Translations under genes and position numbers: made by a program
DNA from: Octopus sinensis
Lineage: Eukaryota
Assembly: GCF_006345805.1 (NCBI RefSeq)
Contig: NC_043002.1
Coordinates: 83,948,001 to 84,012,000, forward strand
Direction of reading: 5' to 3'
DNA length: 64,000 bases
Notes under the pieces: generated by a model
Database searches by the model: none
The model's input: the letters and a program-made list of their open reading frames with translations, nothing else
What the model was told of the DNA's origin: nothing
Part shown: positions 26,201 through 41,000 of the stretch, one piece after another
Position numbering within the stretch: position 1 is the stretch's first letter
Layout: the number at the start of each line of letters is the position of its first letter

Positions 26201-27586
26201 TATTTAAAGTGATTGGACAGAACACAGAGCATCTCAAAATAAATACAGTAACGAAAAGGTTACCCTCCCCAGAACATTTTAGGGTTTCTAGTAATTCAGT
26301 GTTGCATAGTTTACATCCATATCTATCTTTGATATAAGCCTAGCATTCTTCACAGTGCTCCAAGTAATGTGGAACTCAACGTTGTCTTTCAGTTCCCAGA
26401 TTTTTGCAGCTAGGGATGTCATTTTAGCCTTATCTCTACTTCTAAAGTTGTGAACATGGTTAAATGTTATTCATTCAAGTAAAAAAGATGTGGAGCCTAC
26501 GTAGGTAAAAGTATTCAGGTTAGTGTGGACGTTAGACCTATAGACAATATTTCTAATTAGGCACTTATTGTTAAGCGGTACTAATTCAGAGAAATATCTG
26601 AAAATAAGCACATGCTGCATGAGATTGTATAAGAAAATAAAGCAGTCTTTACTGGGAGGTCAAAACATGGAGAGGGGTTGTTTGTAATGTCATATGGTAA
26701 AAGGGATGCAGAGCCACTGCTCTAAAGGATTCTGCTCCAGCATGGCAACAATCCAAACAACTGAAACCAATAAAAGAATACATGTTATTTTGCCTTGCTT
26801 ATGATTCTATACAATTGTAGTTTACTAATAAAATATTTACCCTTTTTTAAAGGACATCTTTATGCTATTGGTTACTCAACTGAAGAGTATGGGTCTTCTC
26901 GTAAACTAAGGACATCTCCATTACATACCAGGCTTGAAGTAGCAGGAGCTGTCTTTGGAGAAACTAATGCCTATGAAACACCAATGTGGTTTGTTCCTAA
27001 TGCTGATGGTGAGTGTTTCAAATTCTACCTGCTCTTTCCATTTTCTGCTATGATTAAATTAAATTTGGATTTAATTAGTTTGTTTACGATATATATGTGA
27101 TTAAAGTTGCAAAATATTTAAAACACTCCCTGATTTGATTGCTTGTATTACACAAGATGATGGGATTGTCATAGCTGGAGTGCCTTTGATCCTAAGTCCA
27201 GATGACAAGAGTTGTTAAACAATAACAACTGGCTGTTTCAGGGTGGAAGAAGTGCATGTAGTGCTTTACTTAGCATACATCAATATATAGCAAATGGCAT
27301 GTTATAGTTAATATTCTTTTCTACTCTAGTCGTCTGAGTGTAAGAACTGACAATGTAGAAAAAATGAGCATGTCTTAGATTAAGTTGTCCTTGCCTTGAT
27401 CTTTCCTCTAACTGATGATAGATATTTTTCTCTCTACTTTATGAGTGATCTTTCTCTTTACCTTGTGGTTGATCTTTCTCTTTACTTCATGATTGAGCTC
27501 TCCCCTCTTCTCTGTGATTGATTTTTCTCTCTACTTTGTGAATGATCCCTTTCTTTATCTTTCTCCTTCTCTCACTCTCTCTCTCT

Positions 27587-27632
<46 letters not shown>

Positions 27633-27642
27633 TATATGTATG

Positions 27643-27716
<74 letters not shown>

Positions 27717-27860
27717 TGTATGTATATATATATATGTATATATATGTATGTATGTATATATATGTATGTATGTATAATATATATATATGTATGTATATTA
27801 TATATATATATTATATATATATATATATATATAATATATGTATGTATTATGTATGTATGT

Positions 27861-27901
<41 letters not shown>

Positions 27902-28048
27902 TATGTATGTATGTATATATGTATGTATGTATGTATATATGTATGTATATGTATGTATATGTATGTATATGTCTGTATATATGTATATATATGTATGTAT
28001 ATATATATGCATGTATATATATGCATGTATATATATATGTATATATAT

Positions 28049-28084
<36 letters not shown>

Positions 28085-29065
28085 CCATATGATTGATCTT
28101 TCTTTTTGTCTTATGATTGATCTTTCTCTTCCATTTTCTTTTTTTTCTTTTTTTTTTTCAAATTTCTTCCTTTCAAGACGAGTTTGTTGAACAGCGAATG
28201 TCACAGGGAACATTCAGTAAACCAGATTGGTTTAATATTGTCAAAGATGAGTATTGGGCTTGTAAAGAAAGGGTTTGCATCATAGACATGTCTTCATTCT
28301 CTAAAATTGAAGTAAAGGTAAATTCTATATTATATTAACCATTTTGTGACCCTTGTTTCTAATGGAACACATCATGCATTTCAATTAATTTTTAAATAAA
28401 TCAAGAATTTAGAGGGATTTAATAAAATAGCATTAAGCAGGTTTTTGTGACATAACTTAATTAGAGGTTGCCACGTAAACTTTTAATGGAAAGTTTTAAT
28501 TTGAGCAGGAAAGCTTTAAATTAAACAAGAAATTCTATATCAAATAAACAGTGCTGATCTCATGTAAGCTGGTACAGAAGGAGAATTTTTTTTTAAATTG
28601 CTGTTTCTCCCTGCTCCTATAAATAGAATTAACTGCTGATTAGTCCTGAATAATAATATCCTTACTGTGCTGGTTCATCTTAAAAAGACCAAAGAGGCTG
28701 ATTTTATAGTTTTGGCCCTTTTTTATATGTATTTTTTGGTGGGTTTAGAGTAAAAACTGATTTTTTGCTTTCTGTTATAAGATAAATTAATGTTAACGGT
28801 TTACACATGTATATATTTCTTTACTACCCACAAGGGGCTAAACATAGAGGGGACAAACAAGGACAGACAAAAGGATTAAGTCGATTACATCGACCCCAGT
28901 GCATAACTGGTACTTAATTTATCGACCCCAAAAGGATGAAAGGCAAAGTCGACCTCAGCGGAATTTGAACTTGGAATGTAATGACAAACGAAATACGGCT
29001 ACGCATTTCGCCTGGTGTGCTAACGTTTCTGCCAGCTCACTGCCCTCTTAACAGTTTATACATAC

Positions 29066-29124
<59 letters not shown>

Positions 29125-30262
29125 ACATACACATTCATACAGGGTGCAATGGGTAAATTGTCGCCATTTTATATTTTTAATTTCGCGCATGTGTAGTTGA
29201 TTTTGTTGACTACACAGTATAGTAGGGTCAGATGAGCACCATGACACAATTCACACTGCCAGAAATTTGGAAACAACATGCTGTACTGCTTGGCATTTGC
29301 ATTGGAAGCTTCAATTTGAACATTTCAGATTGTTTGGGTGTCGATCTGGGGACATGTACCGAGAGTGATAAAAATCAAACATCCAGTCAACATCATGGTG
29401 TTTGAAGTGATCAATTGTGATGGCGACATTATGCTTCCATTCATCTTCCCTCACGCCATCAGACTCAACACAGAGGCCTACATCAAGTGCCTGGAGGAGG
29501 TAGTGCTGCTCTGGGTCAAGAGGGTGGCTGCTGGAACACCCTATGTCTGGCAACGAGACTCTGCACCATACCACACAAGCAGGAGAACCCACTCATGGCT
29601 GAGTGAAAAAGATGTGGAGCCTATATAGGTAAAAATATTCAGGTTAGTGTGGACATTAGACCTATAGACAATATTTCTAATTAGGCACTTATTGTTAAGC
29701 GGTACTAATTCAAAGAAATATCTGAAAATAGGCACATGCTGCATGAGATAGTATAAGAAAATAAAGCAATCCTTACTTGGAGGTCAAAACATGGAAAGGG
29801 GTTGTTTGTAATGTCATATGGTAAAAGGGATGCAGAGCCACTGCTCTAAAGGATTCTGCATTAGTTCCAGTGTGCTACCACATCATCCCTAACATTTGGA
29901 CATCCCAGGCTGCAGCCCCCTTCATTATTATGTGTGGGGCACAGTTGAGCAAGAAACCAACAAAACTCCTTGTAACACCAAAGATGAACTGACGGCAAGG
30001 ATTATGGCAACATTCAGCAACTTAAACAAGGAGACCGTCCAGAAGAGTTGCAGTAGATTCTGAAGTCATCTGGAAGCCATGGTTGAAGCTAATGGCGATT
30101 TTATTAAATAAATTTACTCTTTAGTATTTCAAGATATTTTTATGTAATTTTGGTGAATATATCTGTTAGAATGAGATGTGAGTGTTATTTTCATTTTTGC
30201 ATGATTTAGATAACAGTTTATTCACTGCACTCTCTACATACATACATATTTATATATATATA

Positions 30263-30301
<39 letters not shown>

Positions 30302-30490
30302 AATAAGAAAATGGAGGAACAAATTCATTTCAATCATCAACTTACAGATATTACCATTTCATATTATTTATTAATTATATAAATAGGAACTTGAAAATCG
30401 AACAAAACAATATACATCAATATGCAAATTAATAATATTGGATAACTGATATCCCATAGTGGGTTACCCTCATAACTCCTATCTTACTTT

Positions 30491-30535
<45 letters not shown>

Positions 30536-33466
30536 GCACACACAAAAGTACTTGTGTATATACACACACACATGTATGCATACATACATGCATGCATGCA
30601 TGCTTACATACATGCATGCATACATACATACATACATTGGTTAGCAACATGAAGGGCATCCAGCCACAGAAAATCTGGCTCAAATAAACTCCATCTAACC
30701 CATGCAAGCATAAAAAAGTGGATTTTAAATGATGGTGTGTGTGAGTGAGTGTGTACATGTGTATGTGCCTGCTTGTGCGCGCGTGTGTGCGTGTATGTGT
30801 ATGTACTTACATGTGTGGGGAGGGAGGGAAAGAGATTTGTCTATTATCATTTCTGCTCCCATTTTTTTTTTAAACTTATTTTCCTGTTTTTTTTTTAATA
30901 ATGCTTCATTCTTCAATTAATTACCTGAACATTTAATTAGTGATCTTGTAATATTTGCATATTATATCCTGAGTCATTATTTCTTTACACATCTTTTTTG
31001 TCTATTTCAGTCTGCCAACCAAGAAGCTGCTAACTTTTTACAGTATCTATGTTCAAATGATGTCGATCTTGATGTTGGTACTGTTGTAAATACAGGAATG
31101 CAAAATGAGTTTGGAGGCTACGAAAATGACTGTAGTGTGGCACGGTTGAGTGAAAATTAGTAAGAATTATTATCTACTTATTTATACCATACCATGTTTT
31201 TTAATTTTTATGACAACTGAAAATGTAAAGATTGTGCTACCATCATTACCAAAGATTTTCTGTAAACTACTACTACTATTCTTCTTCTTCTTCTTCTTCT
31301 CCTCCTCTCTTCCTCCTGCTACCAGTTCGTCTCTCAATTCTTTTTTCTTCTTCTTCACCACCACCGCCACCACCAGGTCAGTTGTGTTCAGGCTGGCCTG
31401 TGACCAAAGGTATTTCATCAGGCATTTGCCATATTCTATACGCCTTACTTCCCTGGGCATGGACACATTGAAACTCCGACGTCTGGCAGCTGACTTGGCA
31501 GACTCCCATAAAATTATTAACCATCTTACAAACAATAACTCTGAGCACCTTTTCAAACTCCACCTGTCTAACACCCGTGGACACATTTACAAAGTCAGAA
31601 AGCAACACAGCTCCCATGATTTTCAGAAACATTTTTTCACGCTAAGAGTTGCTGAAGTATGGAACAGACTGCCGGCATCAGTTGTTAGTTGTTGGAGCAC
31701 TGCATCCTTCAAAACTTCCATGCTTCCTGAGATTCGCCAACACTACACCTGATTTTCTCCCCTCCATACACACACAAGCATGTATCTAACTCATACACTG
31801 TTCACTTCCCAGATAGTTGTACATTACTGCATATGCTTTATACGCACTTTTGACAAGTTGTGGTGCACCTGAGCACTGTATACAATAATTTCATTATTAT
31901 TATTATGACCTTGACCATTCAATCTTTCATTACTCGGACATAGTGTATCATACTGACAATAGAACACCATACTAATGATGCTATTTTGTACACAATCAAC
32001 ACAACACTATGACTCAACATATACACAACACATATTCAACACAACACACATATGAAATATGCAAAGAACATCAGACACAACAATATAAAAGTGAAATGGA
32101 ATACAACAGCATGACTGCTACGTTTTTTTTATTGACTCTGAAAGGACAAAAGGCAAAGTTAGCTTCAGAAGAATTTGAACTCAGAATGCATAGCCAGAAG
32201 AAATGCATTAGTTCCAGTGTGCTAACAATTCTGCCAGCTCACTGTCTAACAACAACAATTATTGTTTAGTGGCAAGCTGGCAGAATTGTTAGCACACCGG
32301 ACAAAATTCTTAGTGGCATTTCATTTATTTTTACATTCTAAGTTCAAATTCCGCTCATGTCGACTTTGCCTTTCATCCTTTCGGGGCTGATAAAATAAGT
32401 ATCAGTTGAACACTGGGGCTAATGTAAATGATTTAAACACTCCCCTGAACTTACTGGCCTTGTGCCAAAATGTGAAACCATAAGGCGGTGAGCTGGCAGA
32501 GACATTAGCCCACCAGGCAAAATGCTTAGCAATTGTATGTTCCGAGTTCAAATTCCACCAAGGTCAACTTTGCCTTTCATCCTTTCAGGGTTGATAAATT
32601 AAGTACCAGTCATGTACTGAAGTCGATGTGATCAACTCAACTCTTCCCCACAAATTTCAGGCCTTGTGCCTACAGCAGAAAGGATTATTATTATTATTAT
32701 TATTAAGGCAGTGAGCTGGCAAAATTGTTAGCATGCCATACAAAATGTATAGCGGCATTTCATCCATATTTAGGTTCTGAGCTCAAATTCAGCCAGGGTT
32801 GACTTTGCCTTTCATCCTTTCAGAGTTGATAAAACAAGTACCAGCTGAGCACTGGGGTTGCTGTAATCAGCTAGCCCCTTCCCTCAAATTTCAGGCCCTG
32901 TGTCTATAGTAGAAAATATTATTATTAATAATAATAATAATAATATTAAGGTGGTGAACTGGTAGAACTGTTAGCACAGAGGTTAAATGCTAAGAAGTAT
33001 TTTGTCTGTCTTCACGTTCCGAGTTCAAATTCCACTGAGGTCAACTTTGCCTTTCATCCTTTTGGGGTCAATGAAATAAATACCAGTTGGACACTGGGGT
33101 CGATGTAATCAACTAACCCCCATCCCACAAATTTCAGGCCTTGTGCCTATAGTAGAAAGGATTATTATTATTATTATTATTATTATTTTCATTTAACTAA
33201 TTTTGCTTCTCTGATTTCTCTTCAGTTACTTCCTGATCTCTCCAACTACTCAACAAACGAAAAGTTTGGCATGGTTGTTACGGCACCTCCCAAAAGATGG
33301 CTCTATCCAAATTAGAGATGTGACATCCATGTATTCTGCAATCACTCTGATTGGTCCACATGCCCAAGAACTTCTTGCTGAAGTTACAGAGGCCTCCACA
33401 ACAAAATCAGACTTCAAATTCATGACTTGTAAGGTAAATATCCCAAATATATATGGTTCTGAAGTG

Positions 33467-33522
<56 letters not shown>

Positions 33523-33768
33523 ATTAGGGAGTATGGCTCCAAACTTACAGGGAAAAATTAGATTTAGGATTAAATCAAATTTCACAGTATAAATATATAA
33601 AATATGAATTAAACCACTATTAGGCAACTCAAACAGTGATAGACATAAACCAATACATAAATAATAAATAATATAAATATAATTAATATAATATATATAA
33701 AATTTTAATTTTTTTTTTCCCAAAAGTATAAAAAGAATGATAAATATAATATAATAAGTAATAAGTAA

Positions 33769-33812
<44 letters not shown>

Positions 33813-34261
33813 CGGGAAGGTTTATGAAAATAAACAAAAGACGAAGGCAGGTTTACGAAAATAAACAAAAGACGAAGGCAGGTGGAGTACAAACAAATAA
33901 TGTATTAGTATGGCACTCAGGAATAGAAATAACACAAGTATTTTACGTTTCGAGCCTACGCTCTTCGACAGAAAGATACACAGAAAAGAAAAAAATTGCG
34001 TGTAGGGGCTAACGATTCAACATATCCAGAGGTAATGCAGTACGATCGTTTCATGCGACTCCATTTAATTGAACAATACAATCATTAAATGGAGTTGCAT
34101 GAAACAATCGTACTGCATTACCTCTGGATATCCTTGTTGCTTATTTTGATTTTAATCACCTTATTTTAAATTGTATAGATAATACTATACTAAATTCTGG
34201 TGCCTCAACTTAAGTACCACATTCATCTGAATCTATATATTTATATCATCATCATCATCGT

Positions 34262-34308
<47 letters not shown>

Positions 34309-34641
34309 CATACCTATACGTATTATAATATGTATACACACACATACACATGCACACACACACAAATGAATACATATATATATATAACTTATAAAATGAG
34401 GGCAAAAGAAAAATTCTAATGCCAAATATGCTGAAAAAAAAACAAAATTGTCAATAACCATTATAATTAATTATAATGGTTATTGACAATTTTGTCTTTT
34501 TTTTCGGCATATTTGGCATTAGAATTTTTCTTTTGCCCTTATTTTATAAGCTATTTATAAATCAACCTTTAAAGGTATTTTTTGATATGCTGGCCATTGA
34601 TAAAATTTTTTTTTCGAAAAAAAATTTTATCCTACATTAGT

Positions 34642-34697
<56 letters not shown>

Positions 34698-37600
34698 ATA
34701 TATCATGTGATTATGTGACTGACCAGGCTGTCAGCTATTGTTATACATCACTGGTCACAATGCACCTTCGCATTGTTTTAGCCTTCAAATGATGCCACCC
34801 TGCCTGCTAGGCAAGTAGGCTAACAGTCCTCACTGATCAAAAGTGGGACTGAAGCAACACAAAATGAAGTGTTTTGCTCAAGAAGACAACACACTGCCCA
34901 GTCAGAGAATTGAACCCACAATCTAGTGATTGTGAGTGCAACAGCCTAACCACATGGAAAAGCAGACATTAATATGATGATGATGGCAGCGGCAGTGATC
35001 TATGTAGGTATGTATGTAATCATCATCGTCATCATCATCATCATCATCATCATTACTTCTTTACGTCCATGCTGGCATAGGTTGGAAGGAATTATCTTTT
35101 TGTAGTAATGTTTTATGACCTAACACTCTTCCTGGGGCCAACCCTGTATCTGTACATATTATCTTCATTTTACTTTAAAGGTCGTTGATGTTGGATATGC
35201 AAGTGGAATTCGAGCAATGCGTCTCACTCATGTTGGAGAAGATGGATTTATTTTATACATCCCTGCTGAGGTAGGAATTTCTTGTTCAAACAAATGTAAA
35301 AAAGAAAAAAAGAGAAAGAATTTCTTACATAAAAATGAACTAATACTAGTTAATTAACCAGTACCAGTTGAGTACTGGGGTTGATGTAATCGACTAGCCC
35401 CCACCTCCCCTCAAATATCAGGCCTTGTGCTTACAGTAAAAAGGATTATTATTATTAAATTTCTCTAATATACCATATTTTCTGGCATAGAAGTCGGACT
35501 TTTCAGGCCAAAATTTAGAGCCATAAAATGTAGGTTGATTTCTACACTGAGACAACTTTGGAGAACCAAAAATTCCAAATGAAATGCACCAAGATTTGGA
35601 ATGATAGTGAATCATCATCATCATTCTTTAACGTCTGCTTTCCATGCTAGCATGGGTTGGACGATTTGACTGAGGTCTGGTGAACCAGATGGCTGCATCA
35701 GGCTTCAATCTTGATCTGGCAGAGTTTCTACAGCTGGATGCCCTTCCTAACGCCAACCACTGAGAGTGTAGTGGGTGCTTTTACGTGCCTCCAGCACGAG
35801 GGCCAGTCTGGCGGTACTAGCAACAGCCACGCCCAAATGGTGCTTTTTATTTGCCACCTGCACAGGAGCCAGTCCAGTGGAACTAGCAACAACCTCGCTC
35901 AAATGTTTTTTTACGTGCCCACAGCACAAGTGCCTGTAAGGTGACGCAGGTAACGATCACGCTCGAATGGTGCTTTTTACGTGCCACTGGCACGGATGTT
36001 TATACTATATGCCAAGTCTGCTTGTATGCCAAGAAATACAGTCTTGTAAAACATACTAGGTGCAGGCTTGGCTGTGTGGTAAGAAGCTTGCTTCCCAACC
36101 ACATGGTTCCAGGTTCAGTTACACTGCATGGCACCTTGGGAAACCTAAGCCTTGTAAGTGGATTTGGTAGACAGAAAATGAAAGAAGCCCATCGTGTGTG
36201 TGTGTGTGTGTGTGCGTGCACATGTGTATCTTTGTGTCAGTGTTTGTCCCCACCATCACTTGACATCTGGTGTTGGTATGTTTGCATCCTTGTAACTTAG
36301 CAGCTCAGCAAAGAGGCTTATAGAATAAATATCAGGTTTAAACAAAAGGGAAACAAATAAGTCCTGGGGTCAATTCATTTAACTAAAAATTCCTCAAGGT
36401 GGTGCCCCAGCATGGCTACACTCTAATAACCAAAGCAAGTTAAAGATACAAAAATGATAGAATATGTTGGTTAATGTTTACTTTAACACCCGGCTACTAA
36501 AACAAACAAAAAAAACAAGTGTAATATGTGTTTTAAAAAAATGTGTAATCAATGAATATGAAAACAAAAATTCGTGCCAACAAACCGGGGAGGGAGGACT
36601 TTTGGAAAATTCACAAGATCTGATTTTTTTCCCTCATAACCTTTAGGAAAATGGATACCTTTTAATGAAATTTTATATAAATACTTTTGAAACAGAATAA
36701 ATTATGATTATAAAGAAATTTGTGGGGGAGATTTTTTCCAAGTGGGTGGGCAGAGGATTTTTGGAAAATTCATGCAATCTGATTTTTCCCTCATAACTTT
36801 TAGGAAAATGCTTATCTCTTAAACGGTATAGATTATGATTATATAGAAATGTGTAGGGAAAATTTTTTCTGAGGGTGTGGGAAGGCGACTTTTGAAGAGA
36901 AAGAAATTCATAAATTATTGTTTTGTGTAAGTGTAATGGAAAAAAGGTTTGAAAAAAAATTTTTACCTTCATTTATTTTTTGTTTGAGTAATAGAAAAAG
37001 GTTTTAAAAAATGATCTCAATGGTGGAGTTGTGCTAAAAACAACAGCTAAATCACCCTTAACCTTTTTACCATAGTGAAACCATATTCAACGCCGTATTT
37101 ATGATTTGGTTTCTCTCACCATGATACATGTGTTCTATGCCATTTCAAAGGTTTTTGTGTAAAATTTCATTACAAGATATCCATTTTTCTAAAAGTTATG
37201 AAGGAAAAATCGGATCATGTGAATTTTCCGAAAGTCCTCTCCCCAACCCCCTTAGAAAAAATTTTCCACACAAATTTCTTTATAATCATCATCTATGCTG
37301 TTTCAAAGGTATTTGTATAAAATTTACTGAAAGTCCTCTCCCCACCCCCCAGTTTATTGGCACAAAATTTTTGTTTTCATATTTGTTTAATACACATTTT
37401 TTACACCTATTACACCTATTTTTTTTTTGTTTTGGTGGCCAAGTGTTAAAGTAAACGTTAACCAATATGTTTATTATCACAGGTAATTTTTCATGTTCCT
37501 TTGTGCTGTATTGGATAGGCATAAAGATGCCCTACTTCTGTCCCTAAATGTTTATGTAGAAATTATATTGCAAAACATTGATTATATTTGTATAATTATG

Positions 37601-38013
37601 ACTTACTCTGCCAAAAGTGATTTTATATTTTATTGCTATTTTTTCTGAAATTTTGTTTAACCCTTTAGTGTTTAAACCGGCCATATCCAGCCTAAATATT
37701 CTATGTTTTATATTCAAACTGGCCATATCTGGCCCAGATATTCTACATGTTTTATATTCAAACTGGTGATATCTAGCCTCTCACACCTAACCTACATTGA
37801 CATTCTACAAATAAACAATCACATCACTGAAACCTCAAAAGCTATAAGATAATGCAGGATTAATTAAAAACAATTTGAGTTAAAAAATATTACATTTAAC
37901 AGAGTAATCTGAACACTAAAAGGTTAAAGGATATAATATATATGTATTTTTATCCTTTGTTATGTGAACAGTACAAACACACATGTGTGTGTGTGCATAT
38001 ATAAAATATATAG

Positions 38014-38045
<32 letters not shown>

Positions 38046-41000
38046 TGTGTACAGTGCTCAGGTGCACTACAACTCATCTAAAGTGTATATATAATCAGGT
38101 GTAGTTTCGGCGGATTTCGGAAAGCATGAGGGCCTTAAAAGATGCAGTGTCATGGCAGTCAAACTCAAAGCAGACGGTTAGCTTTTAATATAAGCAGCAG
38201 CACGCACACACACACACACACACACACCTCGGTGACATTTGAAATCAGAGTTTAGTGGGTTGTATATTATGACTAAATATCAGGGAACACTCTTAAGAAG
38301 AAGTAAAAATAAAAATTTTTTTTTAGTATTTATTAGATGACCCAAATTAATCACTTCATTGAAGGATATTGGTGGTCCTTATCACAATGACAGTAGTTTA
38401 AGGTATTGTAAACAGAACATCCAATTTAGGCTGGATGTGCTAACTACTACTATTCATTACAAAAGCCACACCTGTTGCTAATAGATAATAATTAATGTTA
38501 TTGCAGTACAATGAATGTAGTTTGCTAATGTTTTTTAATTGTTTGTTTTTTTCTTTTGTATATATTTTCAGTATGCCCTCCATGTCTATGATACATTAAT
38601 GCGTGCAGGTGTTGACTATGGAATTCGTAATGTTGGCTTCAATTGCATGAAAGAATTAAGAGTAGAGAAATTCTTTGCAAGTTGGGGTGTTGATTTGACT
38701 CCCATCACAACACCTTTTGAATGCGGTCGAGAATTCCGTGTCAAGTTTAATGTAAGTTAACTAGAAAACAGGCATTGTTCACATTATTAAACAACATGTA
38801 TGAAGCCATTGAATTACAGCTGGTGAAGCTAATAACGTGTTGATCTCTCTTGCAAATGGGTTAATGGTTTATATCTCATCACCAGTATTATATTGTGCCA
38901 TGCTTCACGGTAGTGAAGCATGGGTTGTGACTGCGGAGGAAATGCGTAGGCTTGAAAGAAATGAAGCTAGCATGATCCGCTGGATGTGTAATGTCAGTGT
39001 CCATACATGACAGAGTGTAAGTGCTCTGAGAGAAATGCTGGACATAAGAAGCATTGGTGGACATAAGATGCAACGTGCAGGAGAGACGATTGCGTTGGTA
39101 TGGTCATGTACTAGGGATGGATGAGGAGAGATGTGTGAAGAAGTGCCACTCCCAAATTGTTGAAGGAATCCGAGGTAGAGGTAGACCCAGGAAGATATGG
39201 GACAAGGTGGTCAAGCATGACCTTCGTACTCTGAGTCTCACAGAGGCTATGACGAAAGACCGAGACCTCTGGAGATATGCTGTGACTTCGAAGACCCGAC
39301 AAATGAAGTGAGTTCATGGCTCGCAGGATGGCCTGCTGTGCTAACCTTGGATCGTAGTGTGACCCACTGTTCTTGAGGAGACCTATTGAGTCAAGTACAT
39401 CAACATCAAAATAAAAATTCAAATGGAAATTGTAGTTAAGACACCCGTGCCGTTGACACATAAAAAGCACCATCCAAACGTGGCAGATGCCAGCGCCGCC
39501 TGACTGGCGTCCGTGTCGGTGACACGTAAAAGCACCAGCCGATTGTGGCCGTTTGCCAGCCTGCTCTGGCCCCTGTGCCAGTGGCATGTAAAAAAACACC
39601 CACTACACTCAAGGAGTGGTTGGCGTTAGGAAGGTCATCCAGCTGAAGAAACACTGCCAAATCAGACTAGAGCCTGGTGCAGCCTCCATGGCTTCCAGAC
39701 CCGGTCGAACTGTCTAACCCATGCTAGCGTGGAAAATGGACGTTAAATGATGATGATGATGATATATATATATATATATGTATATGCATATATCATCAAC
39801 ATCATTATTATTCAGCATGTTTTCCATGTTGGCATTGGTTTAGACAGCTTGACAAGAGCTAGTCAGTTGAAGAGCTACCCAGGTTCCATATCAGTTTGGC
39901 TGGATGCCCTTCCTAACACCAACCACCTTACAGAATATACTGGGTGCTGCTACACAACACCGGAATAGGTGCATTTACATGGTACTGGTACAAGTGTTTG
40001 TTATGTGGCACCAGCACCCATGAGCCTGCAAGATTAGGAATGCTCAGCGGGAGAGGGATGCAGGGGACAAACCTGGATGCAAGAACAGCCATGCTTTTAC
40101 TTAGCTTGATGTGTCTTTTCAAGTACAGCAAACTGCCAGGAGTCTCAGTCCCTTGTCATCTCTCTGTGAGTCCCAACATCTGTAGATCCTTTCTCACCAC
40201 TTCATCCTGTTTTCCAGGTCTACCCCTTCCACATGTTCACTCTACAATTAGAGATCAGCATCTCTTGATGCAGCTGTCTTCGTCCATATACATCACATGA
40301 CCATACTAGCACAGTCTTCTCTCTGGCACACTACATCTGATGCCTTGTATACCCAGTTTTTCTCTCCTCAAATCACTTACACTCTGGCATATATGTTCAC
40401 TGACATTAACCAACCTGGATACTGGCTTCATTTCTTTCAAGCCTTTGCATATCTTCAGTAGTCATAGCCCATGTCTCCCTGTCATGTAGCATAGCTGTTC
40501 ATACACAGGCATCATACAACCTGCCTTTCACTCTGAGAGAGAGGCCTTTCATTACTAACAGAGGTAGTAGTTCTCTGAACTTTTCCCAGCCTATTCTTAT
40601 TCTAACAGCTATGCTTTCAGAACAACACCTCCCACAACTAACTTGTCACCTAAGTAACGAAAACTGTCTACTACTTGTAAAGATCCCCACTAACATATGA
40701 GGAAGTCTATTTTTTTTGTACATTCCTGATCTTTAACATGCCTGCACATCTGCCACATGTAAAGCCTACTTTCTCTGTTAGTCTTCCAGTGATACCTCTG
40801 CACCTCTTATGTGTCCATAGCTTGCACTAGGTACACCTTATAGACTTTCTCCCAATACCTTTTCTACATATCAAGCAGGGCCACCGCTCTGAAGAGATTT
40901 GTGATTTGCTTGTTTTCCTATCTTGGTCTTTGCTAAATTAACTCTAAAGCCCTTTGATTCCAGTCTGTGCTTCTATACCCGAAATTTCTTCTCTAGTTCT

